The notes beneath the pieces are model-generated. The model searched no databases. It was not told the origin of the DNA and saw only the letters and a program-made list of their open reading frames with translations. Shown in pieces: positions 29,152-39,694 of a stretch of 64,000 nt of DNA; the first letter of the stretch is position 1; every line of letters starts with the position of its first letter. The DNA comes from Longimicrobiales bacterium. GTDB taxonomy: Bacteria; Gemmatimonadota; Gemmatimonadetes; Longimicrobiales; Gaopeijiaceae. Position numbers and translations under genes: made by a program. The stretch covers positions 352,001 to 416,000 of the forward strand of contig CBDBCF010000002.1 in NCBI GenBank assembly GCA_965202985.1, given 5' to 3'.

Positions 29152-29967
29152 GTGGACCGACGGCGAAGACCGTGGGCGACCTGGGCGGTTGCGGCTTCGC
29201 TCTTCTTGATGGTTGGGTGGCCGGCGGCGGCGCAAATCCAGCGTCACGACGAGGCTCTGACGCGGCTGGCCGCCTTCTCGGCTCCGGCCAGCGGCGCGAC
29301 GGACCTCGGGCAGAGCAAGGCCTTTCTGCTGTCGCTGGTCGTTCCCGGTCTGAGCCAGCAGCGGATGGGGCAACGGCGCTGGGTTGCCTATGCCGGCGCC
29401 GAACTCCTGGCGGCGTTCTTCTACTTTCGGAGCAGGGGACAGGCGCGGGACGCCAGGACGGCGTATCGGGACCTCGCCTGGGAGGCCGCGAGGGCGGGCG
29501 TCACGGGTCGGGCGCGTCGGGACGGCGCGTTCGCCTACTACGAGACGCTCTCGCAGTGGGACCGATCCGGGCTCTGGGACGCGGACGCCGCGCGCCCTGG
29601 GGTTCAGCCCGAGTCCGACCCCTCCACCTACAACGGATCGGTGTGGGCACTGGCCAAGGAGCTTTTCGGGGTCGGCGCCGCCACCGGCGAGGAGTCGCCG
29701 GAGTACCGTCGGGCCCTGGACTACTACCTGCAGAGGGGCTACGGCCCGGGCTTTCTTTGGAGATGGCGCGAAGGGTCAGGGGACCAAGCCCGCTTCGGCT
29801 CGCTGATCCGGCGCAGCGATCAAGGCTTCCGAGACGCCCGGCGGGCGTTGTGGACGTTGGCCGCGAACCACCTGTTCAGCGCGCTGGACGGCTTCGTCAC
29901 CGTGAGGCTGAGGACGCGGCCGGGCAGCAGCGAGGTGGGTCTGTCCGTCTCCGCCCCGCTGCCGTGA
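29152..29967 (+). CDS. Hypothetical exported/membrane protein
   Basis: Signal-like N-terminus, KAFLLSLVVPGLSQ, NHLFSALDGFV; tightly packed in operon. Confidence 0.65.
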   Translation: MDRRRRPWATWAVAASLFLMVGWPAAAQIQRHDEALTRLAAFSAPASGATDLGQSKAFLLSLVVPGLSQQRMGQRRWVAYAGAELLAAFFYFRSRGQARDARTAYRDLAWEAARAGVTGRARRDGAFAYYETLSQWDRSGLWDADAARPGVQPESDPSTYNGSVWALAKELFGVGAATGEESPEYRRALDYYLQRGYGPGFLWRWREGSGDQARFGSLIRRSDQGFRDARRALWTLAANHLFSALDGFVTVRLRTRPGSSEVGLSVSAPLP

Positions 29968-30848
29968 CGGGCGGCTCGGGCTCGGTCGTGTACTTCGGGC
30001 CCAAGGGCGGGGCGGTCCCTCCATCGGTCGCGGCCTTTGCCGCAGAACGGGCTCTCCGGGTGGTCCGGGCCTCGCTGCTGGAGGGCCAAGGCGTCGTCGC
30101 GGGGCCGGCCCGCCCGGCGGCCGTGATCCTGGACGGCGCGGCCGGCCCGGCAGAGGTTCGCGGGCTCTGCCGGGAGATCAAGTCCGAACCGGCCACGGCC
30201 ACGATACCCGCGGTGGTGCTCGCTCGGGGGACGCGGGAAGTACTGGCCGGCCTGGAGGCGGGCGCCGACGAGGTGCTGGGTCCGTCGATGGGCGAAAGGG
30301 AGCGGCGCATGAGGTTGGGCGCGGCGCTGGGGCGCTCGCAGCGAGACCTGGGCGTTCATCCGGCGACGCGCCTTCCGGGGGTCGGCGCCATCCAGCGGCA
30401 CGTGGCCGCCCGGATCGCGTCCGGCGAAGCCTTCGCCCTTTGCCATGCAGACTTGGACCGATTCAAGGACTTCAACGACCTGCACGGCTACGACGAGGGA
30501 GACCGGGCGATACTGCTTCTGGCGTCCGTGTTGCTGGACGTGGTGCGATCGGCGGCGCCGGGCGGCTTCGTCGGGCACGTCGGGGGCGACGACTTCGTGT
30601 TCGCGGTGTCCGAAGCGCGGGCCGCGGCCTGCTGCGACGAGGTGTGCAGGGTCTTCGGCGAGCGGTCGCCCAAGCTGTCGCTGTCGATCGGCGTAGCGGC
30701 GCCGGGCCCGCGACGCTTCTCCGAGCCTTCCCAAGCCAGCGAGGCGGCCGCCGCGGCCAAGCGGCGGGCCAAGGCCGCTCCGGGCACGGGATGGGCGGCC
30801 ACGACCGAACTCCGGCCCCCGAGCGCGCGGGCGTTCGTCTATCTTTAG
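29964..30848 (+). CDS. Response-regulator-like diguanylate cyclase (degenerate REC + GGDEF)
   Basis: GTGA overlap; TRLPG, DLDRFKDFNDLHGYDEGD, HVGGDDF. Confidence 0.8.
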   Translation: MTGGSGSVVYFGPKGGAVPPSVAAFAAERALRVVRASLLEGQGVVAGPARPAAVILDGAAGPAEVRGLCREIKSEPATATIPAVVLARGTREVLAGLEAGADEVLGPSMGERERRMRLGAALGRSQRDLGVHPATRLPGVGAIQRHVAARIASGEAFALCHADLDRFKDFNDLHGYDEGDRAILLLASVLLDVVRSAAPGGFVGHVGGDDFVFAVSEARAAACCDEVCRVFGERSPKLSLSIGVAAPGPRRFSEPSQASEAAAAAKRRAKAAPGTGWAATTELRPPSARAFVYL

Positions 30849-30941
30849 CGGTCGGCGGCCCCCGTCCGAGCTTCGGCGCCTGGGGCCTGCCCGTCCTTCA
30901 CCGTTCGCCGGACCGGCGGACTCGTCCGGAAGGGTCGCACC

Positions 30942-32064
30942 ATGGGAATCGCCCAAGACGGGATTCAACGCCTCGACGCCCTGGCCGGGCGCATCGAGGA
31001 GCTCAGGGGGTTTCTTTGACATCGCCCGGCGGCAGGAACGCATCGGCGTGCTGGACGAGGAGATGTCGGCCGCGGGCTTTTGGGACGACCCGGAGTCTGC
31101 GCGCCGTGTGATCGCCGAAGCCAACGGGCTCAAGGGCTGGGTGGAGCCGTGGACCGCGCTGCACGGAAAGGCCGCGGACCTGGCGGAGATGGGCGATCTG
31201 CTGGCCGCAGAGGACGATCCGGGCCTGAGGGCCGAGTGGGACGGGGAGGTGCGAGAGCTGGAGGAGGCGATCGCGCGGTTCGAGTTCCGCACCATGCTGC
31301 GGGGCGAAGACGACCACCGCGAGGCGATGGTCACGATCCACCCCGGGGCCGGGGGACTCGAATCCCAAGACTGGGCGAAGATGCTGTGGCGCATGTACGC
31401 TCGCTGGGCCGAGCGGCGAGGCTTCGGGCTTCGCGTGCTTGATCTGCACGCCGGCGAAGAGGCGGGCATCAAGAGCGTCACCATGGAAGTGGCGGGCGAC
31501 CACGCCTACGGGTACCTGCGCTCCGAAAAGGGCGTCCACCGGCTGGTGCGGATATCCCCGTTCGACTCGCAGGCTCGTCGCCACACATCGTTCGCTTCGG
31601 TCTTCGTCTATCCCGTCCTGGACGACGAGATCGAGATCGAGATCGACGAAGCCGATCTTCGCGTGGACACCTTTCGCGCCTCGGGGGCCGGGGGTCAGCA
31701 CGTCAACAAGACGGACTCGGCCATCCGCATCGTCCACGAGCCGACCGGGATCGTCGTTTCCTGCCAGCAGGAACGCTCGCAGCACAAGAACCGCTCCACG
31801 GCGATGAAGATGCTCCGCGCGGCACTCTACCAGAGAGCCCAGGAAGAAAAGGAGCGCGAGAAGAAGGCCCTCGAAGCCACCAAGACCGAGATCGCCTGGG
31901 GCAACCAGATTCGGTCGTACGTGCTGGCGCCCTACACGCTCGTGAACGACCACCGGACGGGCGTGAAGAAGGGAGACGTCTCGGCGGTCATGGACGGCGC
32001 CTTGGACCCCTTCATCGAAGCCTACTTGAAGCGCTTCGGCGGAAGCGGGGAGGCGGCGGCGTGA
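30942..32064 (+). CDS. prfB: Peptide chain release factor 2, programmed +1 frameshift at CTT-TGA-C (31014-31020)
   Basis: 25-codon first ORF ending AGGGGG-TTT-CTT-TGA-C; second frame has SPF and GGQ motifs. Confidence 0.96.
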
Positions 32065-33602
32065 CGGCGAAGCCCGCCCCCGCGCCCCGGCCGCGCCGGG
32101 CCAGACAGGAGAAGCTGGTTCTGCTCCGGGCCCAGGGCGTCGAGCCCTACGCCTATTCGTATCCCGTCACGAGCCATGCGGCGCCTTCGATAGCCGGCTT
32201 CGAGGCCGACGAGGCGTCGGGCAAGCTGGAGGACGGTCGCGGCGAAGCGGGCCGTTGGGCGGGGCGCATGACGGCGTTCCGGTCGCACGGTCGCAGCGCC
32301 TTCGCCGACTTGGAAGACCGCACCGGACGGATTCAGGCGCACTTCCGGCAGGACGCGCTGGGCGAGGACGTCTATTCGCTGCTGGACCTTCTCGACCTGG
32401 GGGATTGGATCGGCGTGGAGGGACGCCTGTTCCGCACGCGGATGGGCCAAGTCACGGTTGCGGCCGCCGGGCTCGGTCTCCTGTCCAAGTCCGTGCGTCC
32501 GTTGCCGCTGGGGAAGGTGCGGGTGGACGCCGCCACGGGAGAGACGTCCACGCACTCGGGCTTCGCAGACCGCGAGGCTCGATATCGGCAACGCTACGCC
32601 GACCTGGCCGTCCACTCGGAAGTTCGGGCCGTCTTCCAAGCCCGGAGCAGGATCGTGACCCACGTGCGCCGTTTCCTGGACGACCGGAGCTTCGTCGAAG
32701 TGGAGACGCCGGTGCTTCAGCCCCTGTACGGCGGGGCGACCGCTCGTCCGTTCACGACGCGTCACCGCGCGCTGGACCGAACGCTGTACCTGCGGATCGC
32801 CGACGAGCTGTATCTGAAGCGGCTGATCGTCGGGGGCATGGACCGGGTTTACGAGATATCGAAGGACTTTCGGAACGAGGGTATCGACCGGTTTCACAAC
32901 CCCGAGTTCACCATGCTGGAGTTCTACCAAGCCTTTGCCGACTACGGGGACATGATGGCCATCGTCGAGCAGCTGCTGTCCGGCTTGGCCGAGGCCGTCC
33001 ACGGAGGCCCCAGGGTTTCCTATCAGGGGACGGAGATCGACTTCTCGCCGCCCTTCGAGCGGGTTCCCTTCGTGGACGCGCTGACCGGGGCACTGGAGCG
33101 GGACCCGCTGGACGCGCCGTTGTCGGAGCTTCGCGCGTCGGCCGAAGCGTTGGGCGCCGAGGAGTTGAAGGGAGCCGGCCGGGGGAAGCTGATGGACAGC
33201 TTGTTCGGGTCGCTGGTGCAGCCGCGGCTGGTGCAGCCCACCTTCGTGATCGACCATCCGCGGGAGCTGAGCCCGTTGGCCAAGGCGAAGCGGGGCGCGC
33301 CGGAGCTGTCCGAGCGCTTCGAGCTGGTCGTGGCGGGCCAGGAGATCGCCAACGCATTCAGCGAGCTTAACGATCCGGCCGCCCAGCGCGCGCGCTTCGA
33401 GGATCAGGCGGCGCTGCGAGCGGCGGGCGACGAGGAGGCCCAGCAGGTGGACGAGGACTACATCCGGGCCCTGGAGTACGGCTTGCCGCCGACGGGCGGC
33501 ACGGGGATCGGCATCGACCGCTTGGTCATGCTGCTCACCGACCAGCCGTCGATACGCGACGTGATCCTGTTTCCCACGCTGCGCGCCGCCGAGGCCGAGT
33601 GA
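32061..33602 (+). CDS. lysS: Lysine--tRNA ligase (class II)
   Basis: YRQRYADL, YGGATARPF, FRNEGID..HNPEFTMLEFY, GLPPTGG.GIGIDR. Confidence 0.97.
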   Translation: MTAKPAPAPRPRRARQEKLVLLRAQGVEPYAYSYPVTSHAAPSIAGFEADEASGKLEDGRGEAGRWAGRMTAFRSHGRSAFADLEDRTGRIQAHFRQDALGEDVYSLLDLLDLGDWIGVEGRLFRTRMGQVTVAAAGLGLLSKSVRPLPLGKVRVDAATGETSTHSGFADREARYRQRYADLAVHSEVRAVFQARSRIVTHVRRFLDDRSFVEVETPVLQPLYGGATARPFTTRHRALDRTLYLRIADELYLKRLIVGGMDRVYEISKDFRNEGIDRFHNPEFTMLEFYQAFADYGDMMAIVEQLLSGLAEAVHGGPRVSYQGTEIDFSPPFERVPFVDALTGALERDPLDAPLSELRASAEALGAEELKGAGRGKLMDSLFGSLVQPRLVQPTFVIDHPRELSPLAKAKRGAPELSERFELVVAGQEIANAFSELNDPAAQRARFEDQAALRAAGDEEAQQVDEDYIRALEYGLPPTGGTGIGIDRLVMLLTDQPSIRDVILFPTLRAAEAE

Positions 33603-34885
33603 AGTCGCGCACGCGCTTGGCGTGGTTCCTGGCCCGCAGGTACCTGGGTGCGTCGCGTCGGGGAGGGCGGCTGCTCTCGTTCATCACGTGGGTCTCGCTG
33701 GGCGGCGTCGTCGTGGGCGTCACGGCGCTGATCCTGGTGATCGGCGTAATGACGGGCATGCAGAACGAGCTCCGGGAGAAGATCCTCGGGTCCACCCCGC
33801 ACGTGCTGGTTCGGCAGACGGGCCCGTCGCTGCGCATTGAGGACTGGCCGGCGGTGGTGGAGCAGGTGGAGCGGACGGAGGGGGTGGTCGCGGCATCGCC
33901 CGTGGCGCTGACCCGAGTGGCGCTGCACCGGGAGGGCTATACGGAGGTCATCTACCTCTACGGCGTGGACCTGGGGGGCGCGGCCGAGGACCCCGCCGCG
34001 GCGGACGTCCGAGCCGCTCCCACCCCGCTGGAGGACAGCCTCCGGTCGGGCCGCGTGTCTCTGCGCCGAGAACCGGGCGGGCTGGTTCCCGTGGTGCTGG
34101 GCAGCGGCGTGGCCGGGCGCATGAACCTCTTTGCGGGCGACACGGTGACGGTCGTGGGGCTGGAGAGCTTCAAGCTGGGGCCCTTCGGCGAGCCGACCAC
34201 GCCGATGTTCGCCTGGGTGGTGTCCGACGTCTTCTCCACCGGCATGCACGACTACGACTTCCGCAACGGCTACGCCGCCTTGGCCGACGTGCAGGCTTTG
34301 CTGGACATGGAGCCCCGCACGGCGTCGTTCGTGGGCGCGCGCACGTCAGATCCCTGGAACGCCGGCGCCGTGGCCGAGTCCGTCCAAGACGCCCTGGGCG
34401 GCTGGCCCTACGCGGTGGACCCGTGGACCCGAACCAACAGCCAGCTCTTTTCGGCCTTGAAGCTGGAGAAGCTCGCCATGGGGGTGATCTTGTCCCTCAT
34501 CGTCTTGGTGGCGGCGTTCAACATCGTGAGCACGCTGGTCATGGTCGTGGTCAACCGGACCCGCGAGATCGGCATCCTCAAGGCGATGGGCCTGACCCGG
34601 AAGGACACGCTCCGGACGTTCGTGCTCCAAGGGCTGTGGATCGGAGCCGTGGGGACGGCGGCGGGGACGGTGCTCGGGCTGGTCGCGGCGTACCTGGTGG
34701 AGCGCTACCAGCTGATCCCCATTCCGGCGGACATCTACTTCGTGGACAGGCTGCCCGTTGCGCTGTCGCCCTGGGACGTGGCGTGGATCGTCGGCGTGAG
34801 CCTCCTGGTCTCGCTGGCCGCCACGATCTACCCGGCCCGCCAAGCCTCGGCGCTGCAGCCCGTCGAGGCCATTCGCCATGCATGA
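33599..34885 (+). CDS. lolE: Lipoprotein-releasing ABC permease LolC/E
   Basis: ARRYL..FITWVS, LVAAFNIVSTL, REIGILKAMG, IYFVDRLP, TIYPA. Confidence 0.9.
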   Translation: MKSRTRLAWFLARRYLGASRRGGRLLSFITWVSLGGVVVGVTALILVIGVMTGMQNELREKILGSTPHVLVRQTGPSLRIEDWPAVVEQVERTEGVVAASPVALTRVALHREGYTEVIYLYGVDLGGAAEDPAAADVRAAPTPLEDSLRSGRVSLRREPGGLVPVVLGSGVAGRMNLFAGDTVTVVGLESFKLGPFGEPTTPMFAWVVSDVFSTGMHDYDFRNGYAALADVQALLDMEPRTASFVGARTSDPWNAGAVAESVQDALGGWPYAVDPWTRTNSQLFSALKLEKLAMGVILSLIVLVAAFNIVSTLVMVVVNRTREIGILKAMGLTRKDTLRTFVLQGLWIGAVGTAAGTVLGLVAAYLVERYQLIPIPADIYFVDRLPVALSPWDVAWIVGVSLLVSLAATIYPARQASALQPVEAIRHA

Positions 34886-35588
34886 GCTCCCGGACGAAGA
34901 AGCGCAGCTTGCGCCGCCTGTTCGAGCGGCCGGGCTGCACCGTTCGTACGCCGGGGTGGGCGGACCGGACCTCCACGTGCTGCGGGGAGTCGACCTTGTC
35001 GTGTCGCGGGCGGAGGCGGTCGCGATCGTCGGCGCGAGCGGGTCCGGCAAGTCCACCCTTCTCCACCTGCTTGGCGCTCTGGACCGGCCCACCGCGGGAT
35101 CGACGGCGATCGGAGGGACGGACACCGGCAAGCTGCGGGACGAGGAGGCGGCCGAGCTTCGCAACCGACGGGTCGGCTTCGTGTTCCAGTTTCACCACCT
35201 GCTGCGGGAGTTCACGGCCCTGGAGAACGTCATGATGCCCGCTCTGATCGCGGGACGGAACGAGCGCGACGCGCGGGGAGGCGCGACCACGCTCCTGCGC
35301 CAAGCGGGTCTCGAGGCGCGGCTGGACCACAAGCCGGACCAGCTGTCGGGAGGCGAGCAGCAACGGGTCGCCGTGGCGCGGGCGCTGGTGAACCAGCCCC
35401 TTGTGGTCCTGGCCGACGAGCCCACGGGCAACTTGGACCCGCGAACCAGCGAGGGCGTGCAGGACGCCCTGTTCGCGCTGCGGGAGCGTCACGGGGTTGC
35501 GCTGGTCGTGGCGACGCACAACCGTGAACTGGCGTCTCGGGCCGAAAGGGTCATGGGGCTTGAAGAGGGGGTGCTCGAGGATGCCTGA
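34878..35588 (+). CDS. lolD: Lipoprotein-releasing ABC ATPase
   Basis: [36 protein letters not shown]. Confidence 0.93.
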   Translation: MHELPDEEAQLAPPVRAAGLHRSYAGVGGPDLHVLRGVDLVVSRAEAVAIVGASGSGKSTLLHLLGALDRPTAGSTAIGGTDTGKLRDEEAAELRNRRVGFVFQFHHLLREFTALENVMMPALIAGRNERDARGGATTLLRQAGLEARLDHKPDQLSGGEQQRVAVARALVNQPLVVLADEPTGNLDPRTSEGVQDALFALRERHGVALVVATHNRELASRAERVMGLEEGVLEDA

Positions 35589-36072
35589 GCCGGGCAGGGT
35601 CTGCGACGGCGAGAACTGCGAAAAGACGGCCGTTGTGCACGTCAAGCAGATCGTCGGCGGCGAGGAGTCGGACCATCACTACTGCCGAGCCTGCGCCCAG
35701 AAGAAGGGAATCGACCCCAAGGGCGGGGGAGATGTCGCGGCGTTGCTGGCCCAGCTGGGAGAGGCGGCCGCCCCGCCGGAACCGTGCTCGTTCTGCGGGC
35801 TGACCTGGAAGAAGTTCCGGCGTCGCGGGCGGCTGGGCTGCCCCGAGTGCTACGCGGCCTTCGAGCCCAACCTGCGCAGAGTGCTCCAGCGCGTGCACGG
35901 GGCCGCGCAGCACGCCGGCAAGGTGTACCTGCCTCCCGATCCTGCCGGCGCGGACGTGGATCGGCGCATCGGTTCGCTCCGGCGACGCCTTCAGCGGGCG
36001 GTGGAGGCGGAGGACTTCGAGAGGGCGGCCCAGCTGCGGGACCGCATCCTGGAGATGGAGCCCGCCGAGTAG
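35581..36072 (+). CDS. mcsA: McsA-like activator (Cys motifs + UVR domain)
   Basis: CRAC, CSFCG, GRLGCPECY, EDFERAAQLRD. Confidence 0.88.
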   Translation: MPEPGRVCDGENCEKTAVVHVKQIVGGEESDHHYCRACAQKKGIDPKGGGDVAALLAQLGEAAAPPEPCSFCGLTWKKFRRRGRLGCPECYAAFEPNLRRVLQRVHGAAQHAGKVYLPPDPAGADVDRRIGSLRRRLQRAVEAEDFERAAQLRDRILEMEPAE

Positions 36073-36078
36073 CCTTTC

Positions 36079-37194
36079 ATGGACGACCTGCAGACGATAT
36101 CGGACTTCGGGCTGGGATGGCTGGACGGGGCCGGGCCCGACGCCGACGTCGTGATCTCCACCCGTGTCCGGCTGGCCCGCAACCTGCAGGGGCGGCCGTA
36201 CGTGTCCCGCGCCGGACGCGAAGATCGAGAGGCGGTGCTGGCGGCCGTGGCCCGCGTGGTGCGGCAGGACTCGCTGCCCAGGGAAGCCGTGTTCGCGTCC
36301 ATGGAGGAGATCGGCCGGCCGGCGGGTCGCATCTTGCTGGAGCGGCGCTTGGTGTCGCAAGAGCTGCTGGGGGGAAGCGGGGCGCGCCCGCCCGCCGGGG
36401 CCGCCGTCGCCGTGTCTTCGCTGGACCCGGTGAGCGTGATGGTCAACGAGGAGGACCACCTGCGCATGCAGTGCCTGGTGTCGGGGTTGCGCCTAGCGGA
36501 CGCCTGGGAGCTGGTGGACGACCTGGACGACCAAATCGGCGAGCGTCTTCCCTTGGCGTACCACCACGAGTTCGGGTACCTGACGGCTTGTCCCACCAAC
36601 GCGGGGACGGGCCTTCGTGCGTCGGCGCTGGTGCACTTGCCGGGGCTGGCGGCGACCAAGGAATTGAAGCCAGTGTTGCGCGGCATCGTGGAGTGCGGCC
36701 TGACGTTCCGGGGCTTTCACGGCGAGGGCTCCGGGGTCTTGGGCAACTTCGTGCAGATCTCCAATCAGACCACGCTGGGAAGGAGCGAAGCGGACCTCCT
36801 GGACCACCTCGGCCAGCTCGTCGAGACGCTGATCCGCAAGGAGCGCAACGCCCGGGAGGTCCTGGTGCGCGACGCCCGCACCGTCATCGAGGACCTGGTG
36901 TGGCGGGCCTACGGGGTCCTGAGGTACGCGCGAACTTTGAGCAGCGAGGAACTGGTGAACCACTTGGCGGGCGTTCGCCTGGGGGTGTTGCTGAAACTTC
37001 TTCCGGCCCCGTCGGTATACACATTGAACAAGCTCATGATCTTCTCGCAGGCGGCCCACCTGGACCAGGCTGCGGGCAGGGAGCTGTCCGCGCCGGAACG
37101 CCACGAGCATCGGGCCGAGTACGTTCGGCGCGCCGTGGAGAGCGAAGGCGGGCTGGGAGAAAAACGCACAGGCACTTCCGATTCGGGCGCATGA
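36079..37194 (+). CDS. mcsB: Protein arginine kinase
   Basis: STRVRLARN, VNEEDHLR, GYLTACPTNAGTGLRAS, QISNQTTLG. Confidence 0.94.
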   Translation: MDDLQTISDFGLGWLDGAGPDADVVISTRVRLARNLQGRPYVSRAGREDREAVLAAVARVVRQDSLPREAVFASMEEIGRPAGRILLERRLVSQELLGGSGARPPAGAAVAVSSLDPVSVMVNEEDHLRMQCLVSGLRLADAWELVDDLDDQIGERLPLAYHHEFGYLTACPTNAGTGLRASALVHLPGLAATKELKPVLRGIVECGLTFRGFHGEGSGVLGNFVQISNQTTLGRSEADLLDHLGQLVETLIRKERNAREVLVRDARTVIEDLVWRAYGVLRYARTLSSEELVNHLAGVRLGVLLKLLPAPSVYTLNKLMIFSQAAHLDQAAGRELSAPERHEHRAEYVRRAVESEGGLGEKRTGTSDSGA

Positions 37195-37210
37195 TGGCGA
37201 ATATTCGAAC

Positions 37211-39694
37211 ATGAACTACAACTTCACCGAGCGGGTGCGCAAAGTGCTGTCGATGGCCCGGCAGCAAGCGACCCGCTTGCAGCACGACTACGTGGGAACC
37301 GAGCACATCCTCTTGGGCTTGGTCGGCGACAGCGAGAGCGTGGCCGCCAACGTGCTCGAGAGCTTGGACGTGGAGATCGGGCGGATCCACGAGCGGGTCG
37401 AGGGCGCCGTGCGGAAGGGAAAGGCCACGATCGCGTTGGGAGAGCTTCCGTACACGTCGCCGGCCAAGAAGGTCCTGGAGTTCGCGGTCGCAGAGGCCCG
37501 GGAGCTTAACCACTCCTACGTGGGCACGGAGCACCTGCTCCTGGGACTCCTGCGCGAGAGCAAGGGCATCGCGGCCCAAGTTCTCAACGGCTTGGGCGTT
37601 ACGATCGAGGATGCGCGGGCCGCGACGCTGAACATCCTGGGCTCGGAGATCGGGGCCGCGACGAGCGGCGTGACCGAGGGCGGCGCCGGAGCGGGCGGGC
37701 CGAGGGCGTCCACCGGCGGCCGAAAGTCGAAGACGCCGGCGCTGGACCACTTCTGCCGCGATCTGACCGACCTGGCCCGCAGAGGCGAACTGGACCCGAT
37801 CATCGGGCGCGAGGAGGAGATCGAGCGGGTCGTGGAGATCTTGTGCCGTCGCAAGAAGAACAACCCGGTGCTCATCGGCGAACCCGGCGTGGGAAAGACG
37901 GCCGTGGTCGAAGGGCTGTCCCAGCTGGTAGCGCGGGGAGAGGTGACCGACGTCCTTCGGGACCACCGCGTGCTGGCGTTGGACATGGCCGCCGTCGTGG
38001 CCGGCACGAAGTACCGGGGCCAGTTCGAAGAGCGCCTCAAGGTGGTGACGAGCGAGATCGCCAAGAACCGCAACGTGGTTCTGTTCATCGACGAGCTTCA
38101 TACGCTGGTTGGCGCCGGGGCGGCCGAAGGCGCGATCGACGCCTCCAACATGCTCAAGCCCGCCCTTGCCCGCGGCGAACTGCGGTGCATCGGCGCTTCG
38201 ACGCTGAACGAGTACCGCAAGTACGTGGAGAAGGACGGGGCGCTGGAGCGGCGCTTCCAGCCCGTGATCGTCGAGCCGCCCAGCGTGGAGGACACCGTGG
38301 AGATCCTCAGAGGACTGAAGCGCCAGTACGAGGACCACCACGAGGTCGAGATCCCCGAGGAGACGCTGACGCAGGCCTCGCAGCTGGCCGACCGCTACAT
38401 CACGGATCGGTTCCTTCCCGACAAGGCCATCGACGTGATCGACGAAGCCGGCGCAAGGGTCCGGATCGCCAGCCGGACGGCCCCGCCCCAGGTGGACGAG
38501 CTGACGGCGGCGCTGGCGGCGCTCGCGACGCGCAAGGAGGACGCGATCCGCGGTCAGGACTTCGAGGGCGCGGCCCAACTGCGCGACGAGGAGCGGGAGC
38601 TTCAGCAGCGGATCCGGGACGAGAAGACGGCGTGGGAAGAGGAGCGGCAGCGCGTCCGCCCCAAGATGACCGTGGAGGACGTGTCGTTCGTGGTGAGCCG
38701 GTGGACGGGCGTCCCGCTCACGCGGCTTCGCGAAGCCGAGACGGAGCGGCTGGTGAACATGGAAGCCGAGCTCCACAAGCGGATCGTGGGCCAGGACCAC
38801 GCCATCGCCGCGGTCTCCAAGGCGATCCGGCGGGGCCGCGCGGGGTTGAAGGACCCCGACCGGCCCATCGGCTCGTTCATCTTTTCGGGACCGACGGGCG
38901 TGGGGAAGACCGAGCTCGCCCGCACCCTGGCGGAGTTCCTGTTCGCGGACGACGAGGCCCTGGTTCGCGTGGACATGAGCGAATACATGGAGAAGTTCTC
39001 GGTCTCGCGGCTCATCGGCGCGCCGCCCGGCTACGTGGGCTACCAGGACTCCGGCGCCCTGACCAAGGCGATCCGGCGCCGGCCCTATTCCGTAGTGCTG
39101 TTCGACGAGATCGAGAAGGCCCACCCGGACGTCTTCAACATCCTGCTCCAAGTGTTGGACGAGGGCCGCCTGACCGACAACTACGGTCGGGTCGTGGACT
39201 TCCGGAACACCGTTCTGATCATGACCTCGAACTTGGGGGCCCGGGACATCTCCAAGGGAGGGCTGGGCTTCCGGGCGTCGGAGCCGGGGTCCGACTACGA
39301 GTTCATGCGGGACAAGGTGGCTCAGGAGATCGAGCGCGCCTTCAACCCCGAGTTCCTGAACCGAGTGGACGACACGATCGTCTTTCATCCGCTGGGCCGT
39401 GCCGAGATCGGCCGGATCGTTCACGTCCTGCTGGACGACGTGATCGCTCGCCTCGGGCGCGACGGCATGTCGCTGGCGCTCACGGATGCCGCCGTCGACT
39501 TCCTGGTCGAGCGCGGCTACGACGAGAAGTTCGGCGCCCGCCCCCTTAAGCGCGCGATCCGGCAGCACCTGGAAGACCCGCTGTCCGAGAAGATCCTCTT
39601 GGCCGAGTTCCGGAAGGGCGACGAAATCGAGGTGGACGCGGCGCCCGAAGCCGACGCGCTCTCCTTTGGAGCGGCGGCGCCGGCGCCCGGTTGA
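37211..39694 (+). CDS. clpC: Clp protease ATP-binding subunit ClpC
   Basis: Clp-N repeats, GEPGVGKT and [11 protein letters not shown]-like M domain. Confidence 0.95.
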   Translation: MNYNFTERVRKVLSMARQQATRLQHDYVGTEHILLGLVGDSESVAANVLESLDVEIGRIHERVEGAVRKGKATIALGELPYTSPAKKVLEFAVAEARELNHSYVGTEHLLLGLLRESKGIAAQVLNGLGVTIEDARAATLNILGSEIGAATSGVTEGGAGAGGPRASTGGRKSKTPALDHFCRDLTDLARRGELDPIIGREEEIERVVEILCRRKKNNPVLIGEPGVGKTAVVEGLSQLVARGEVTDVLRDHRVLALDMAAVVAGTKYRGQFEERLKVVTSEIAKNRNVVLFIDELHTLVGAGAAEGAIDASNMLKPALARGELRCIGASTLNEYRKYVEKDGALERRFQPVIVEPPSVEDTVEILRGLKRQYEDHHEVEIPEETLTQASQLADRYITDRFLPDKAIDVIDEAGARVRIASRTAPPQVDELTAALAALATRKEDAIRGQDFEGAAQLRDEERELQQRIRDEKTAWEEERQRVRPKMTVEDVSFVVSRWTGVPLTRLREAETERLVNMEAELHKRIVGQDHAIAAVSKAIRRGRAGLKDPDRPIGSFIFSGPTGVGKTELARTLAEFLFADDEALVRVDMSEYMEKFSVSRLIGAPPGYVGYQDSGALTKAIRRRPYSVVLFDEIEKAHPDVFNILLQVLDEGRLTDNYGRVVDFRNTVLIMTSNLGARDISKGGLGFRASEPGSDYEFMRDKVAQEIERAFNPEFLNRVDDTIVFHPLGRAEIGRIVHVLLDDVIARLGRDGMSLALTDAAVDFLVERGYDEKFGARPLKRAIRQHLEDPLSEKILLAEFRKGDEIEVDAAPEADALSFGAAAPAPG

